Positions 19,085 through 29,377 of a DNA stretch of 64,000 bases are shown here, in pieces. Position numbers and translations under genes: made by a program. Under the pieces are notes generated by a model. That model was not told where the DNA came from. It saw only the letters and a program-made list of their open reading frames with translations, and searched no databases. The first letter of the stretch is position 1. Each line of letters opens with the position of its first letter. Source of the DNA: an uncultured virus (IMG/VR IMGVR_UViG_3300031241_000001) (Duplodnaviria > Heunggongvirae > Uroviricota > Caudoviricetes); the IMG/VR virus record IMGVR_UViG_3300031241_000001; one strand, given 5' to 3'.

Positions 19085-19386
19085 TTGGATCTCCTAAGAG
19101 CCTCGGCGATCTCGGCGTCGAGGCGGGCCCGCGTCCTCTTCACCGGGGGCACCGGGGTCCGTGGCACGGTTTCCAGCGTCGCGTACTTCGGGTTCATGCG
19201 CATCTCGACGGTCTTCGCGACGCGCCCGCGGTCGACGATGCGCAGTCGTCGGTGGGCACCGGGGGGCTCGACCTCGTCGCCCTCGGCGTTGACCTCGACG
19301 CCGCGGATGAAGAGCACAGAGTCGCTGGTGACGCGTAGGATGAAGCGCGTGCCGTCGTCGAGCGTGACCTTCAGGTAGCGGATCAC
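19069..19386 (-). CDS. Hypothetical protein with C-terminal tag
   Basis: KRTRARLDAEIAEAL near the C-terminus. Confidence 0.7.
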   Translation of the reverse strand: MIRYLKVTLDDGTRFILRVTSDSVLFIRGVEVNAEGDEVEPPGAHRRLRIVDRGRVAKTVEMRMNPKYATLETVPRTPVPPVKRTRARLDAEIAEALRRSKCGTD

Positions 19387-19799
19387 GTGAGCCCCTGGGC
19401 CGCGAGGAGCTGCTGGACCTCGGCGCGCAGCGCGCCCACCTCGCGGTGCAGCTGTGACCGGGGCGTGTGAGGAAACATCGGGGAGCCCAGGTTGGCGTCG
19501 AGGCCCGGGACCTCGACGTTGTCGACTTGGTCGTTCACGACCTTCGTGAGGCCGCCGAGCGCTCTCAGGCGATCGGCGGTCGGGGAGGGACCGACGGCCT
19601 CGACGGAGGCGCGGACGACCTCCAGCCGCCCTAGGCGGTACGCCTCGGAGGCGCGGACGCGGTCCGTCACGACCTCCGCCGCCGTGGACAGGGGGTCGCG
19701 GCGGTCGGTGTAGGACACCCTGCCTGCGCCGGACTCCTGCGCGGCGCGCGTCACGGCGATCTCGCGGTCGAGCTGGGCGGATTTCCGACGATCAGACAT
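19383..19799 (-). CDS. Tagged hypothetical protein
   Basis: MSDRRKSAQLDREIA. Confidence 0.65.
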   Translation of the reverse strand: MSDRRKSAQLDREIAVTRAAQESGAGRVSYTDRRDPLSTAAEVVTDRVRASEAYRLGRLEVVRASVEAVGPSPTADRLRALGGLTKVVNDQVDNVEVPGLDANLGSPMFPHTPRSQLHREVGALRAEVQQLLAAQGLT

Positions 19800-20091
19800 C
19801 GGACCAGCCTTCCTTGCTCGCGAGGCCCTGCATGTAGCGACCGCCACGCCAGCGGTGCCACACCTCGACACGCGAGTGCTCCCCCTGACGCACGAGCTTC
19901 ATTGCGGCGCGCTTCGCCGCAAGACGAGACCGAAATTCCGGTTCCAGCGGCTGCTCCTTGGTGTCGGTGAGGTAGAAGACTCTTTCGTCGTCGCTGTCAT
20001 CGTCAGACGTAGACGTGGACGCGGATCCCGCGAGCGCTGCGGCGATTTCGCGGCTGAGCTGTGTAGCGGACGTTTTCGAGCGCCTGTTCAT
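19792..20091 (-). CDS. Tagged hypothetical protein
   Basis: MNRRSKTSATQLSREIAAAL followed by a Ser/Asp linker. Confidence 0.7.
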   Translation of the reverse strand: MNRRSKTSATQLSREIAAALAGSASTSTSDDDSDDERVFYLTDTKEQPLEPEFRSRLAAKRAAMKLVRQGEHSRVEVWHRWRGGRYMQGLASKEGWSDV

Positions 20092-20093
20092 TG

Positions 20094-20801
20094 TCAGCTT
20101 CTCCCAGGGACAATCTTGATCCGCTTTGGATCGAAGATCACCCAGTCGTCGTCCAGATGGATGCTGTCGTAACCGAGGCTCTCCAACTCATCGAGGCTAT
20201 GCCGGTCGTACTCGTCCCAACCCGCGGTCTTGTCAACGTGCAGAAGTGCCTTGATCAGATGCTTCGTGCTCACGGCACCGCTTTCGCCGCGTAAGATCTT
20301 GTCCTTGTCCGTGCTAAACCAGAACACGCCCTGCGCTGAATAGCGCGGATCGAAGCGTCGGATCTGCACGTCGCTGCCGTGATACGCGGTGATGACGCGG
20401 GGATGTGATCTAACGAGGACTTTGGTCTCGCGCTTGAGCGTTGTTTCCGATGGCTGCCCCGTGAGTGCGGCGGCGACCTCGCGGTCAAGTTGGGAGGACG
20501 TCTTCTTCCTCAGCGAACTGTGCGATCTGGAAGATTCGGAGGCCCTACGGTACCACGCCGCGTCGACGACGTTGCCTTCGACGGCGATCGCGTGCAGCGG
20601 GCCGTGCTGACTGTTGGCCTCGGCGACGGCGTCGCGCTTCGTCGCGAAATCGTCGCCCGCCTCGTCAGCGTACGTCGTGATCTTGCCGGACGGGTAGAAC
20701 ACGTCGTAGTCCCACCGGCCGTTCAAGCGTCGGTGCACGCGCACCCGCAGCGAGTCGTGCCTGTCGCGGTAGACGTAGTCGGCGTGCTTGCGCGCGGTCA
20801 T
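20094..20801 (-). CDS. Two-domain protein: internal tag followed by an ART-PolyVal-like ADP-ribosyltransferase domain
   Basis: KKTSSQLDREVAAAL then AYHGS..RFD..GVFWFS..LGYDSI..VIFDPKRIK. Confidence 0.6.
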   Translation of the reverse strand: MTARKHADYVYRDRHDSLRVRVHRRLNGRWDYDVFYPSGKITTYADEAGDDFATKRDAVAEANSQHGPLHAIAVEGNVVDAAWYRRASESSRSHSSLRKKTSSQLDREVAAALTGQPSETTLKRETKVLVRSHPRVITAYHGSDVQIRRFDPRYSAQGVFWFSTDKDKILRGESGAVSTKHLIKALLHVDKTAGWDEYDRHSLDELESLGYDSIHLDDDWVIFDPKRIKIVPGRS

Positions 20802-21133
20802 CTTCCGCCGGGAACGTCGAGTGCGACCTCACGCCCCATCGCACGGTAGTGAAGACGGCGTTCGTCGATGTTGTCTTGCACGTCCGGCGTGGGCGTCTCC
20901 TCGGCGTCGTCGAACTCGCCGCCGTTGTCCGAGATCGTGTAGCGCTCCTCGTCGTCCTCGTCCTCGTCCTCGTCGTCCTCGTCGTCGTCCTCGTCGTCGT
21001 CCTCGTCGTCGTCCTCGTCGTCGTCTTCGTCGTTGTCCGCATGCACCGAAACCGAGATCGTCACTGGCTGCTTCGCGGCGAGCGCGGCAGCGATCTCACG
21101 ATCGAGTTGGGCGGCGGTCTTCTTACGCTTCAC
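20798..21133 (-). CDS. Tagged, highly acidic small protein
   Basis: KKTAAQLDREIAAAL followed by a (DDDE)n tract. Confidence 0.75.
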   Translation of the reverse strand: MKRKKTAAQLDREIAAALAAKQPVTISVSVHADNDEDDDEDDDEDDDEDDDEDDEDEDEDDEERYTISDNGGEFDDAEETPTPDVQDNIDERRLHYRAMGREVALDVPGGR

Positions 21134-21543
21134 GGCGTCACGCTACCAGCACGGTAAGGCGGTGCTTACGTCTAGGGTTTCAGGATCAGGTCCACGAGTG
21201 TCCTGATATTGTCGTCGGTCGCTCCATTGAGGCGTGCCGCTACAATCGCCAGCCCCATCAAGTGTCCGGACAAACCGAAGAGGTCGTAGCAAGGGGCTGC
21301 GTCGCTGCGGGCCTCGCATTCATCGGTGCTGATCACGCACAGCCTGTGCAGCGTAGTCAGTTGGCTTTCGAGCAGTGCACGGGTGTGATCGATGCTTTCG
21401 AGGCACTCTTCGATCTCGATCGCGGGTTCGGCGCTCATTGGCGTAGTGTCCTGGCAGGCGCTTCGATCCTCGATGAATCAAGTGGCTTCCGATTCATGTT
21501 TTCACCTCGCTATGTATTCGAGCCTGAGAAGCGTGATCGGTGA

Positions 21544-22020
21544 TCAGCGCGGTCGCACCTCGGAGCGCTTCTTCCAGATCTCGTGGCGACGCGGCGGTTC
21601 GCCAGTCCTCCTGGCCTCTTCGAGGTCGTACTTGAACGAATACTCGACGCGCACGCGCTTCGGTGTCGCGCGCACGACGACTCCGGGCCGGTAGCCGTGG
21701 GCGCTCTTCCCCGAGTAGCTCGGCGATTTGAACGAGACCTTGTCGCCAGGCTGGTAGTCGCGCTCGGTGCTCTTCAGGTGCGGGATGAGGGCTGGCGAGG
21801 GGTTCGCGGCGGAGTAGCCGGCACCGAGCGAGAGGCCCTGGTTCTCGACGTAGCCCTTCCAGTGCACGAGCAGGCGCTCGGCGCTCGACACGGAGGCGCT
21901 GAGCGCGTGGGCGCCCCACTTGCCGCCGTCCATCACGATCTGATCGCCCTTGCGGTAGAGCTGGAGGCCGCCGGGCTTGGGGAGTGTTGCGATCAGGTTG
22001 TCGGCTTCGGTGTTGGTCAT
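21544..22020 (-). CDS. Hypothetical protein (SH3/KOW-like C-terminus)
   Basis: YQPGDKVSF..GVVVRATPKRVRVEY. Confidence 0.55.
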   Translation of the reverse strand: MTNTEADNLIATLPKPGGLQLYRKGDQIVMDGGKWGAHALSASVSSAERLLVHWKGYVENQGLSLGAGYSAANPSPALIPHLKSTERDYQPGDKVSFKSPSYSGKSAHGYRPGVVVRATPKRVRVEYSFKYDLEEARRTGEPPRRHEIWKKRSEVRPR

Positions 22021-22276
22021 GACCTAGTTACCCCAGTCGAGGGCGTCGTAGTTCGTCGAGTAGGCCGCCGTCGCGCCGACCGAGGTCGACGTACCGCGTC
22101 GGATCCCGACGGCGCCGTCGTCCTCGACCCAGGTGGCGTGACTTTCTGGATCGATCTGCGCGTGGTTCTGCGGCTCGGTTTCGTCGGCACCGTAGTAGAA
22201 GCGCGCCCTGGCGGCGCTGCCGTCACGGTAGTTGAGGAAGCCCGTCTTGGCTCGAAGCGCGCCCATCGGGGGGATC

Positions 22277-22852
22277 TTACCGCGGAGGCCGGGCCAGGTC
22301 TCTTTTTGGATCAGGCGGCTGGGCGACCTCCGCGAGGGAGAGCGCGACGCGCCGGAGCAGCCCCGCGGTCTCGACCCGCGCGCCGGACCACTTGCTCTCG
22401 CGGGGCCCGGCGATGAGCAGCCTTGTCGGGATGGGGTTGAGAGGTGCCCCGAGCAGAGGCAACGGCAGCGTCTTCGTCATCATCATCAGGTCGCTCCAGA
22501 TCCAGCGCGCGACCCGCGCCGGATCGCACGTCGGGTCGACGATCAGGCGGGGGAGGTGACGTCCGGCTGCGAGGTCGATCGTCTTGGCGGTGCCGGGTGT
22601 CACCCGTGGGTCGTCGGCGTCGTGGACCACGATCAGCGCAGCGCTCGCCCTCTGTACGTTGGCCTCGGTGCGCGCGGCGTAGCTGGTCTTGTCGTGCAGC
22701 GTGAGGAACCGCGCGACGGCCTCCGGGATCTTGCCGCGCTCGTCGCGGCCGTCGCGCGGCATGTAGCCCGTGACGAGCCAGCCGTTGTCGAGGGCGGCCT
22801 CGTGCGCGCCGCGGTCGACACCCGTCTGTCCGCCATGCACGACTGTGATCAT
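22277..22852 (-). CDS. SLOG-superfamily (YpsA/MoCo-carrier-like) protein
   Basis: HGGQTGVDRGA, GYMP, Y..RT..NV, GT..T, IAGPRES. Confidence 0.8.
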   Translation of the reverse strand: MITVVHGGQTGVDRGAHEAALDNGWLVTGYMPRDGRDERGKIPEAVARFLTLHDKTSYAARTEANVQRASAALIVVHDADDPRVTPGTAKTIDLAAGRHLPRLIVDPTCDPARVARWIWSDLMMMTKTLPLPLLGAPLNPIPTRLLIAGPRESKWSGARVETAGLLRRVALSLAEVAQPPDPKRDLARPPR

Positions 22853-24790
22853 GGGGTCTTCGCCTCCGCCACTGCCTCGACGCTCCTCGTCGTCGTCGTG
22901 TCCTTCGCCTGGTAGCCGATCGCGCAGAGGACCTCGGCCTCGGCAGCCCGGTGCGCTTGCTCCGCCACGGCAAGAGTGGTCTTCGCGTCCTCGATCGCGC
23001 GTGCTGTCGACTGGAGACGTTGGAGCGCCGTGGCGGGCAGCCTCCGCGCGCGCAGGTCCAGCTCGGCGAGTGCCGTCAGGATGTCACGGCACGCGAGGTG
23101 CCCGAGGCCGTCGCGATCTAGGGCGCCGACTTGGCGCGTGGCGTTCGCGAGGGCTTCGGCAACCTGGCCCCTCGTGACGAGGACGAGCGCGTGGTCCGGG
23201 TCGATCAGTAGCCTCAGCGCCTCGGCGGGCGGGAATCGTGAGCGCTCGCCGACAGCGCGCTGGCGCGGACTCCTGGAGCACGTCGTCCGGTTGTGCCCGT
23301 CCTCGCGGCAGAGGGCGCACTTCATGGCAGGGCCCTGCCCAGGTCGCGCTCGAGTCGCGCGCGCTTCGCCGCGCGGTCGTCCTCGTCGCCCGTGTCGCTG
23401 TTGACGTGGATTGTCGGTGCGACGTGCAGCTCGACGCGGCAGAGCGCCCCGCCGACGTTCGCCAGGCACAACCAGCGCCCGTCGAACGTCTTCAGCGCCT
23501 TGCCGACGTAGCGGATGCCAGTTGACTCGTCGACGACGCCGTCGACGTCGATCTCGGTCGCGTCGGCGTTCGTAGTGACTTCCACCATCAGCGCTTCTCC
23601 TTGATGATCACGAGGCACGCGTCCCTGATCGGGAGGGCAGTGTCCAGCCGTTCACGAGGTACGTGCGCGGCGTGTCATCCCGCAGCGGTGGCAGCGTCTC
23701 AGCGGGCTCGCCGTCGTAGTGCCGCTGTATGGCGCCGCAGGCAGGGCACCACAGGATCGCGAGCCCGGTGAGCGGCTCGGGTGGGACGGTGTCGAGGGAG
23801 AACGTGCCTGCGATCCAGCTCGGGCGGTCGTGGGCACAGAGGTCCTTGATCCGGTTGTCACCCATCGCTTTTGCTCCATGGGCGGAGGCGTTCATCGCAG
23901 CACAACTTTGATCACGTCCGTCTTCGCGTTCATTGACGATTCGATGCCGCTGCCGCTGTTCGCAGTCAGTTCTCCGGTCTTCACGAACAAGCGCTGTGCG
24001 CCGAGGTAACCGCCATGGCCTGCGTTGTCGCCCGACACAGGCCAATAGATGAAGTGTTCCCCACGCGCCAGGGCGCCAAACTTGAGCTTCTGGTCTGACA
24101 TCGTTTGCACCGCGGGTTTTTGATCGGGCTCGTCGTCGAGGACTTCTCCGATGTCCCAGGGCGTAACTTGCTCCTCGGGTCCGTCGGCATAGCGCACGCG
24201 GTCGTCTTCGCCGTCGGGCGTGACCTTGGTGACGACGGCGATTCGCCCGTCGCGCATGCGGACGCGCGTCCCGGGACTCGGCATGAAGCTCATGGCTCGA
24301 CGCTCCTGGTGGCGATCGCCCGCTGGTACGCCTCGGGCGCGTGTTCGACGCCCCAGTGCGCGCGCGTCACCCACTCGATGAACTGAGATGCGAGGCTCTT
24401 GCCCGCGCCGGTCGCGGCGTCGATCGCGGCGTTGATCGGCACTGTCACGGCGCAGATCTCGAGGCCGGTCGCGGCGGTGAACTGCTCGCGCATCTGCGGC
24501 TCGTTCCACGCCCACAGGACGAAGTCCCGCCAACCGATCGCGTTCAGGTCGTCGAGGGTCACTTTTTGGTCTCACGGCCGGCCCCGCGCAGGAAGCTCTC
24601 CTGTCGGAGTCGGAGCTGCTGCTCCTCGTCGTGACCTTCGCGCAGGAGAGCACGCCGCTCGCGCTGCTTCTCCTCGTTCGCGAGGCGCGCGCGCTGCGCG
24701 CGCCTCGCGCCGTCGGCCCTGGTCGCGGACACGAGCTGCGTTGCGCGCAGGGCTTCTTGCAGGGATGACAAGCGTGGTTCTCCTTGAGGG

Positions 24791-25360
24791 TTACGTGAAG
24801 CGGCGGAGTGATCCGTCCGCTGCGCGCTCGAGACGGATCTTCTCGTCATTGTACAGCGTGCGTGCCTCGACGCTCTTGCCGTGGTCCCAGGTCACGATCG
24901 CCGTGCCCTCGTACGAACTCCCGATCGTGAAGTTCGTGTACTTGACCTTGTCGCCTGGTCGGAGCGTACGGGCCACCTTGGGCGCAGGTTCGACGCGGGT
25001 GGTGGGTATGGGCTCTTGGTGTGCGTGCTTTGGGATCGGTGGCGATCCTGGGGGCAGGGTCACCGTGATCGAGACCCACTCGTCGACGACCTCGGTGCGG
25101 GCCTTCGCGCCAGGTACCGCCGCTTCGATCTCCTTGGCCTTCGTCCTAGCGAACTGGACCGTCCCGGGGTCGGCACGTCCTTCGACGATGTCGCCTTCGT
25201 CGCGAGACGTGAAGTGAAGTTGGTTGTCCGCATCGTCGTAAGCTTCTTCCTCGTCGAAGCCCGTCGATCGCATGAGGCGGCGGACCACCTCAAGCGCGCT
25301 CGGGCCGCTGGGACCGGCAGGTGGATTCTTCTTGCGCGTGCGTGCTTGCGTGGTGCTCAT
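24791..25360 (-). CDS. Hypothetical protein
   Basis: GAGGAG RBS; typical codon bias. Confidence 0.6.
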   Translation of the reverse strand: MSTTQARTRKKNPPAGPSGPSALEVVRRLMRSTGFDEEEAYDDADNQLHFTSRDEGDIVEGRADPGTVQFARTKAKEIEAAVPGAKARTEVVDEWVSITVTLPPGSPPIPKHAHQEPIPTTRVEPAPKVARTLRPGDKVKYTNFTIGSSYEGTAIVTWDHGKSVEARTLYNDEKIRLERAADGSLRRFT

Positions 25361-26154
25361 GGTGACTCCTCGGCGATCCTGCGTTCGACAAGCCCTCGGC
25401 GGAGGACCGCCCACCCCTCGCGGTCCGCCTTGGTGAGGGCGCGCCGCGCCGCGGCGGCCCATGTCTCGTGGCCGCGCGTCGTGTAGAGGACCACGCCGGT
25501 CTCGATGTTGCGATCGTCGACCTCGTAGAGGCGCGCGTCACGTTCGCCCGATCGAAAGGGGACGCGCGACGTCCGCTGGTGCACGCGCAGCTCGACGCGC
25601 TTCACGCGGGCCTCCCCGTCGCGGCTCCAACGGCGTCGCGCAGCTCGCTCGCCGTGAGGTCCCTCGTGCCCTCGTTCAGGACGAACTCGGTCTTACCGCC
25701 GCGCGCGAAGTAGATGTTGGTCGTGCGTGGGCCGACGGTGACGCGCAGGTCGGTGCTCGGCAGCGCGTAGCGCGCTCGCCCCCCGAGTGTCCGGTGCTCA
25801 CCGCCGGTTCCGCCGTAGATCGGCGACCGCCTCGTCGGGATCCGCACGACCTCCTCGCGTGTCGCGCCCGCCGGAGTGAAGCCCAGCTCCAGGAGCGTCG
25901 TGACGACCTCGTCGACGGTCACGGCTCGTCCCTGAGCTTGCAAGCGGCGCCACGGACCTCCGTGGCGACGTCGGCCGCGCGCTCGGCGTCGGCCGTCCCC
26001 GCGATGTAGGCCGTCAGCTTCTTGGGAGGAAACCAGTCGCGGAACATCATGGTGACCTGGTGGGGCTCGTAACCGGCAGCGTACATGCGTACGCGGAGCG
26101 TGTCCCTGTAGGCGCGCGCCGTGTCGGGGTGGTTGAAGCGCAAGAACGCGGCCT

Positions 26155-26493
26155 TCATCGGGGAGACTCCTCGCCGAGCGCCTCGGCGATCTCGGCGTCG
26201 AGTTGCGCGGGGGTCTTCGTCTCAGTGGCCTGGGGCGCCTTCCTCGCGCGCCACCAAGCGTTCAGCGCTGACTGGAGGGAGGGGAACGTCGATGGGAACG
26301 CCCGGTCGGTGTGCGGCGCGAGCCACTTCTCGATCCGGTAGCGCCTGCCCTTCGGGCCCAGCCAGGCGTGGCCGACGTGCTGGAACAGGTCGTTGTCGGG
26401 CGTCCACCAGAACCCGGGCAAGACGCTGTGGAGGACGATCGGGTGCGTGGCGCCGCGGGGACCGACGTGGAATGTCCGGCGCTGCTCGGCCAT
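26155..26493 (-). CDS. Hypothetical protein with C-terminal tag
   Basis: TKTPAQLDAEIAEAL at the C-terminus. Confidence 0.7.
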   Translation of the reverse strand: MAEQRRTFHVGPRGATHPIVLHSVLPGFWWTPDNDLFQHVGHAWLGPKGRRYRIEKWLAPHTDRAFPSTFPSLQSALNAWWRARKAPQATETKTPAQLDAEIAEALGEESPR

Positions 26494-27913
26494 GGTCAGT
26501 GTCCCTTCTTCATCGGGTGAAGCTCCTCGCTGACGGCCAGCCAGACGCGACGGAGGTCGCCGCCCAGCGACGAGCTGTTCGCGTTGTGGACGTGGTAGGT
26601 GTCCGAGACAGCCTGTAGTGCCGCTGCGGCTTTACCGGTACCCGCTGAGTGCAGGCTCCGCGCTCTGTACCCTTCCTCGGGCTCTTCACAGCTTTGCACG
26701 GAGCGCGCGGATCTGCCGGCCGAACGGCGTGTTCCCGACGGAGAAGCCCCGCGACTGCGCCATGTGCCCGAAGTCTTCTTCGACGCTATCGACGAGGATG
26801 GACTTCAGGAAGTCGAAGTCTTCCCAGCCCCAGCCGTGCACGTTGAACAGGTACCCGCCGCGGTGGGGGGCTGCGTTCTGGAGGGACACCTTGATCTTGG
26901 CGGCGCGCGCCTTGTCTTCGCCTTCCCACCCGAGCGCGTCGATGGACTCGATCAGCGCGTCGCGCAGCATGTTGCCGACGTAGTAGTAGTCCTCCTTGCT
27001 ATTGCGCTTGCTCGTCGCCATGGCACTTCCTAGGGGATCTTCTGCATCCCGTGCGGGTACGGGCACGGGCACGGGGCGGGAGGCTCTTCCCCGACGAGTG
27101 GGAGCGGTGATCCCGACAAGCACTGCCCCGTGTGGTCGTGGCAGTGCCGGTGGCCGCAGTGGTCGCACGCGCCGTCGCAGAGGCTGCCGTCATACGCGCG
27201 TGTCGCCGGGCGCTGGTCGAGTGCGAGGGGCATGGGTGATCCTACCGCGGAACGCCTTCACGGTGACGGGTGGACAGCCTCGTCCACAGCGCGGTCGTCT
27301 CCTCGACGTGGTGCGCGCGCAGGTCCTTGTACGCGCGGCGCAGGTCGTCGAGCGTCGCGTGCTCGAGAGCGTCGTCGTCGAGCTCGTGGAAGCGCGCGAG
27401 CCTCGCGGGGCGGTAGCCGTCGCAGCCGTGGCAGCTCATCTTGCCGGCGATGCACGGGCCGCCGCGGTGCGCGTGCCTCTGGCACCCGCACGCGCAGGTT
27501 GGGTGGGCAGGGCAGTAGTCGCCGTCCTGATCGCAGGTGCAGATCTGGCTCGGCGGAGCTTCTTGGTTAGCGCCCAAGGCGCTCCCTCATGTCGAGGATG
27601 AGCCCTTGATGGGCTCTGTCGAGGTCGTTCAGGATCTGCGTTGTCTGAAGTTGCATGGAGGCGTAGCCCGTCAGGAACGCGCACACGCTCTGCCGGGTCC
27701 CGACGTACTGGACGTCGTACTGGAGGGGTCCTGCGAAGCGTCCAGCGGTTAGGGTCCACTCGTCTGTGCCAGGCGCACGATCAAAGACGACTTGGAAACC
27801 GCAAGCCTCTGCCAGTGCAGTGAGCACTTCGGTGGGTAGGTTGTCTTCGATCTTACTCATTGGGTCTCAACCGGATCTGGACAGGTCTCTCGTCGGAACG
27901 TCGGAACGGCCTC

Positions 27914-28507
27914 TCACATTGACGTAGCTGGGGAGTGCGCGTCGGCGGCTACCCGCGGCTGATCCACATGTGCCGCGTGAGGCTCCTGCCGTGGGCGATC
28001 GCGCAGCGCGAGACTCCTGCCGCGGGCGATCATGGCGTGGACCTCGGCCAATCGATCGTTGCTGAGGGAGAGGCGCTGCTCTTCTGCGATGCGCTCCAGG
28101 GCATCACACAACTCGAGGATCACCGCATCGCGCGGCTCGACGCGCACGCGGCGCACGCGGTCTTTCGGCTCCACGTACTGAAGGATCGCCACCTCGTGGT
28201 TGGTCACGTAACAGCGGCGATCGTCGATCTTCTTGAGCACGCCCTCGTTCGTTAGTTCAGCGACACGTGCGCGCCACAGGTTCAGGTTCTCGCTGAGACC
28301 TGCGGCTCGTAGCACCTCGGTAGCTGAGCCGGGGCTGAACTTCCGAAAAGCCTGGATGACGATGTCGCGCTTGCGCTGGAGCCGCCCACTGTCTTCCTCG
28401 ATGTGGAAGGCGTCGATGCTGGTGGGCGGATGGGCCCTGTCGAACGCACTGACGTAGGTGACGTTGTCGAGTGACGGTGTCGCGTTGGAGTCGTTGTTGT
28501 CGGGCAC
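27914..28507 (-). CDS. Winged-HTH-like protein
   Basis: GAGGAG RBS; SATEVL..NLWRARVAEL..GVL. Confidence 0.5.
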   Translation of the reverse strand: MPDNNDSNATPSLDNVTYVSAFDRAHPPTSIDAFHIEEDSGRLQRKRDIVIQAFRKFSPGSATEVLRAAGLSENLNLWRARVAELTNEGVLKKIDDRRCYVTNHEVAILQYVEPKDRVRRVRVEPRDAVILELCDALERIAEEQRLSLSNDRLAEVHAMIARGRSLALRDRPRQEPHAAHVDQPRVAADAHSPATSM

Positions 28508-28560
28508 GTCTCCTCGTAGCACGTGGGTCTGATGAGCTGATGAGTAAGACGTATGCACGC

Positions 28561-29358
28561 TCAACGACTTCCCGGGGTGAGGATGCGCGTCGCGCCGATC
28601 GCGAGCTTCTCCTTCTGGCTGAGGTTGTCGACCAGGCCGCACTTGTTGCACTCCATGGCGAGGAGCGCGCGGGTAACGTCCTCGGCGCTGGAGTGCACGT
28701 TGCCGATCGGGAAGCAGTTCGAGGTCTCGCCGGCGACGATCGTGCCGTCGCTCGAGATGCTGGGCGCGCAGTTGCCGGACATCCCAACCGCGGCCCGGGC
28801 GCGTATCACGAACAGCGCCTCGCGGACGTCGCCGAATGACCGGGTCAACGACCGTATGTTGAACGACGTGGGGGCCCGGTGGATCGGCGGCGAGGGTGGC
28901 AGCCGCGATCGCTTGAGCCGACCGAGCGTGACGAGCCGGGTCAGAGCCGGCTCGAACACGACGCGCGGGTCGTCCATAGGTACGGCCTTGGGCGCTCGCG
29001 GGTAGAACCTGGGGTCGTTGGTCACCTGGACCATCAGGTCAGGCCAGTCGGGGCGGAGGATCCTCGCGCGCAGCTCGGGGTCGTCGAGCCACAGGCCGTT
29101 GGTGATCAGGATGACCTGGTGAGCGTGGGCGAGCGCGGTCTCCAGGAACCACGCGACGTCGGGGTGCTCCGTCGCCTCGCCGCCGCTCAGGAGGAGCACC
29201 CGCGGGACCCCGCACGACCACGCGAGGCCCTCAAGCCGCGCGGTGAGAGCGAGCGCGGTGGTGAACGTCTCGCGGGTCATGTGCTGACCGGTGACGGTCG
29301 AGTCTTCCATGCAGTGCGAGCAGCCCATGGAGCAGTAGTTGGTGATCTTGATCAGCAC
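28561..29358 (-). CDS. Radical SAM protein
   Basis: TNYCSMGCSHC (CxxxCxxC), SGGE, ITNG, C-terminal Cys cluster. Confidence 0.88.
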   Translation of the reverse strand: MLIKITNYCSMGCSHCMEDSTVTGQHMTRETFTTALALTARLEGLAWSCGVPRVLLLSGGEATEHPDVAWFLETALAHAHQVILITNGLWLDDPELRARILRPDWPDLMVQVTNDPRFYPRAPKAVPMDDPRVVFEPALTRLVTLGRLKRSRLPPSPPIHRAPTSFNIRSLTRSFGDVREALFVIRARAAVGMSGNCAPSISSDGTIVAGETSNCFPIGNVHSSAEDVTRALLAMECNKCGLVDNLSQKEKLAIGATRILTPGSR

Positions 29359-29377
29359 GCGACCTCCTCGCTAGATG

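Noticed and set aside
20946..21037. TCG/TCC-rich tandem repeat as a non-coding repeat or a target of array segment 4
   Set aside because: It encodes the Asp/Glu tract in frame, and the dinucleotides flanking the TC run in segment 4 do not match
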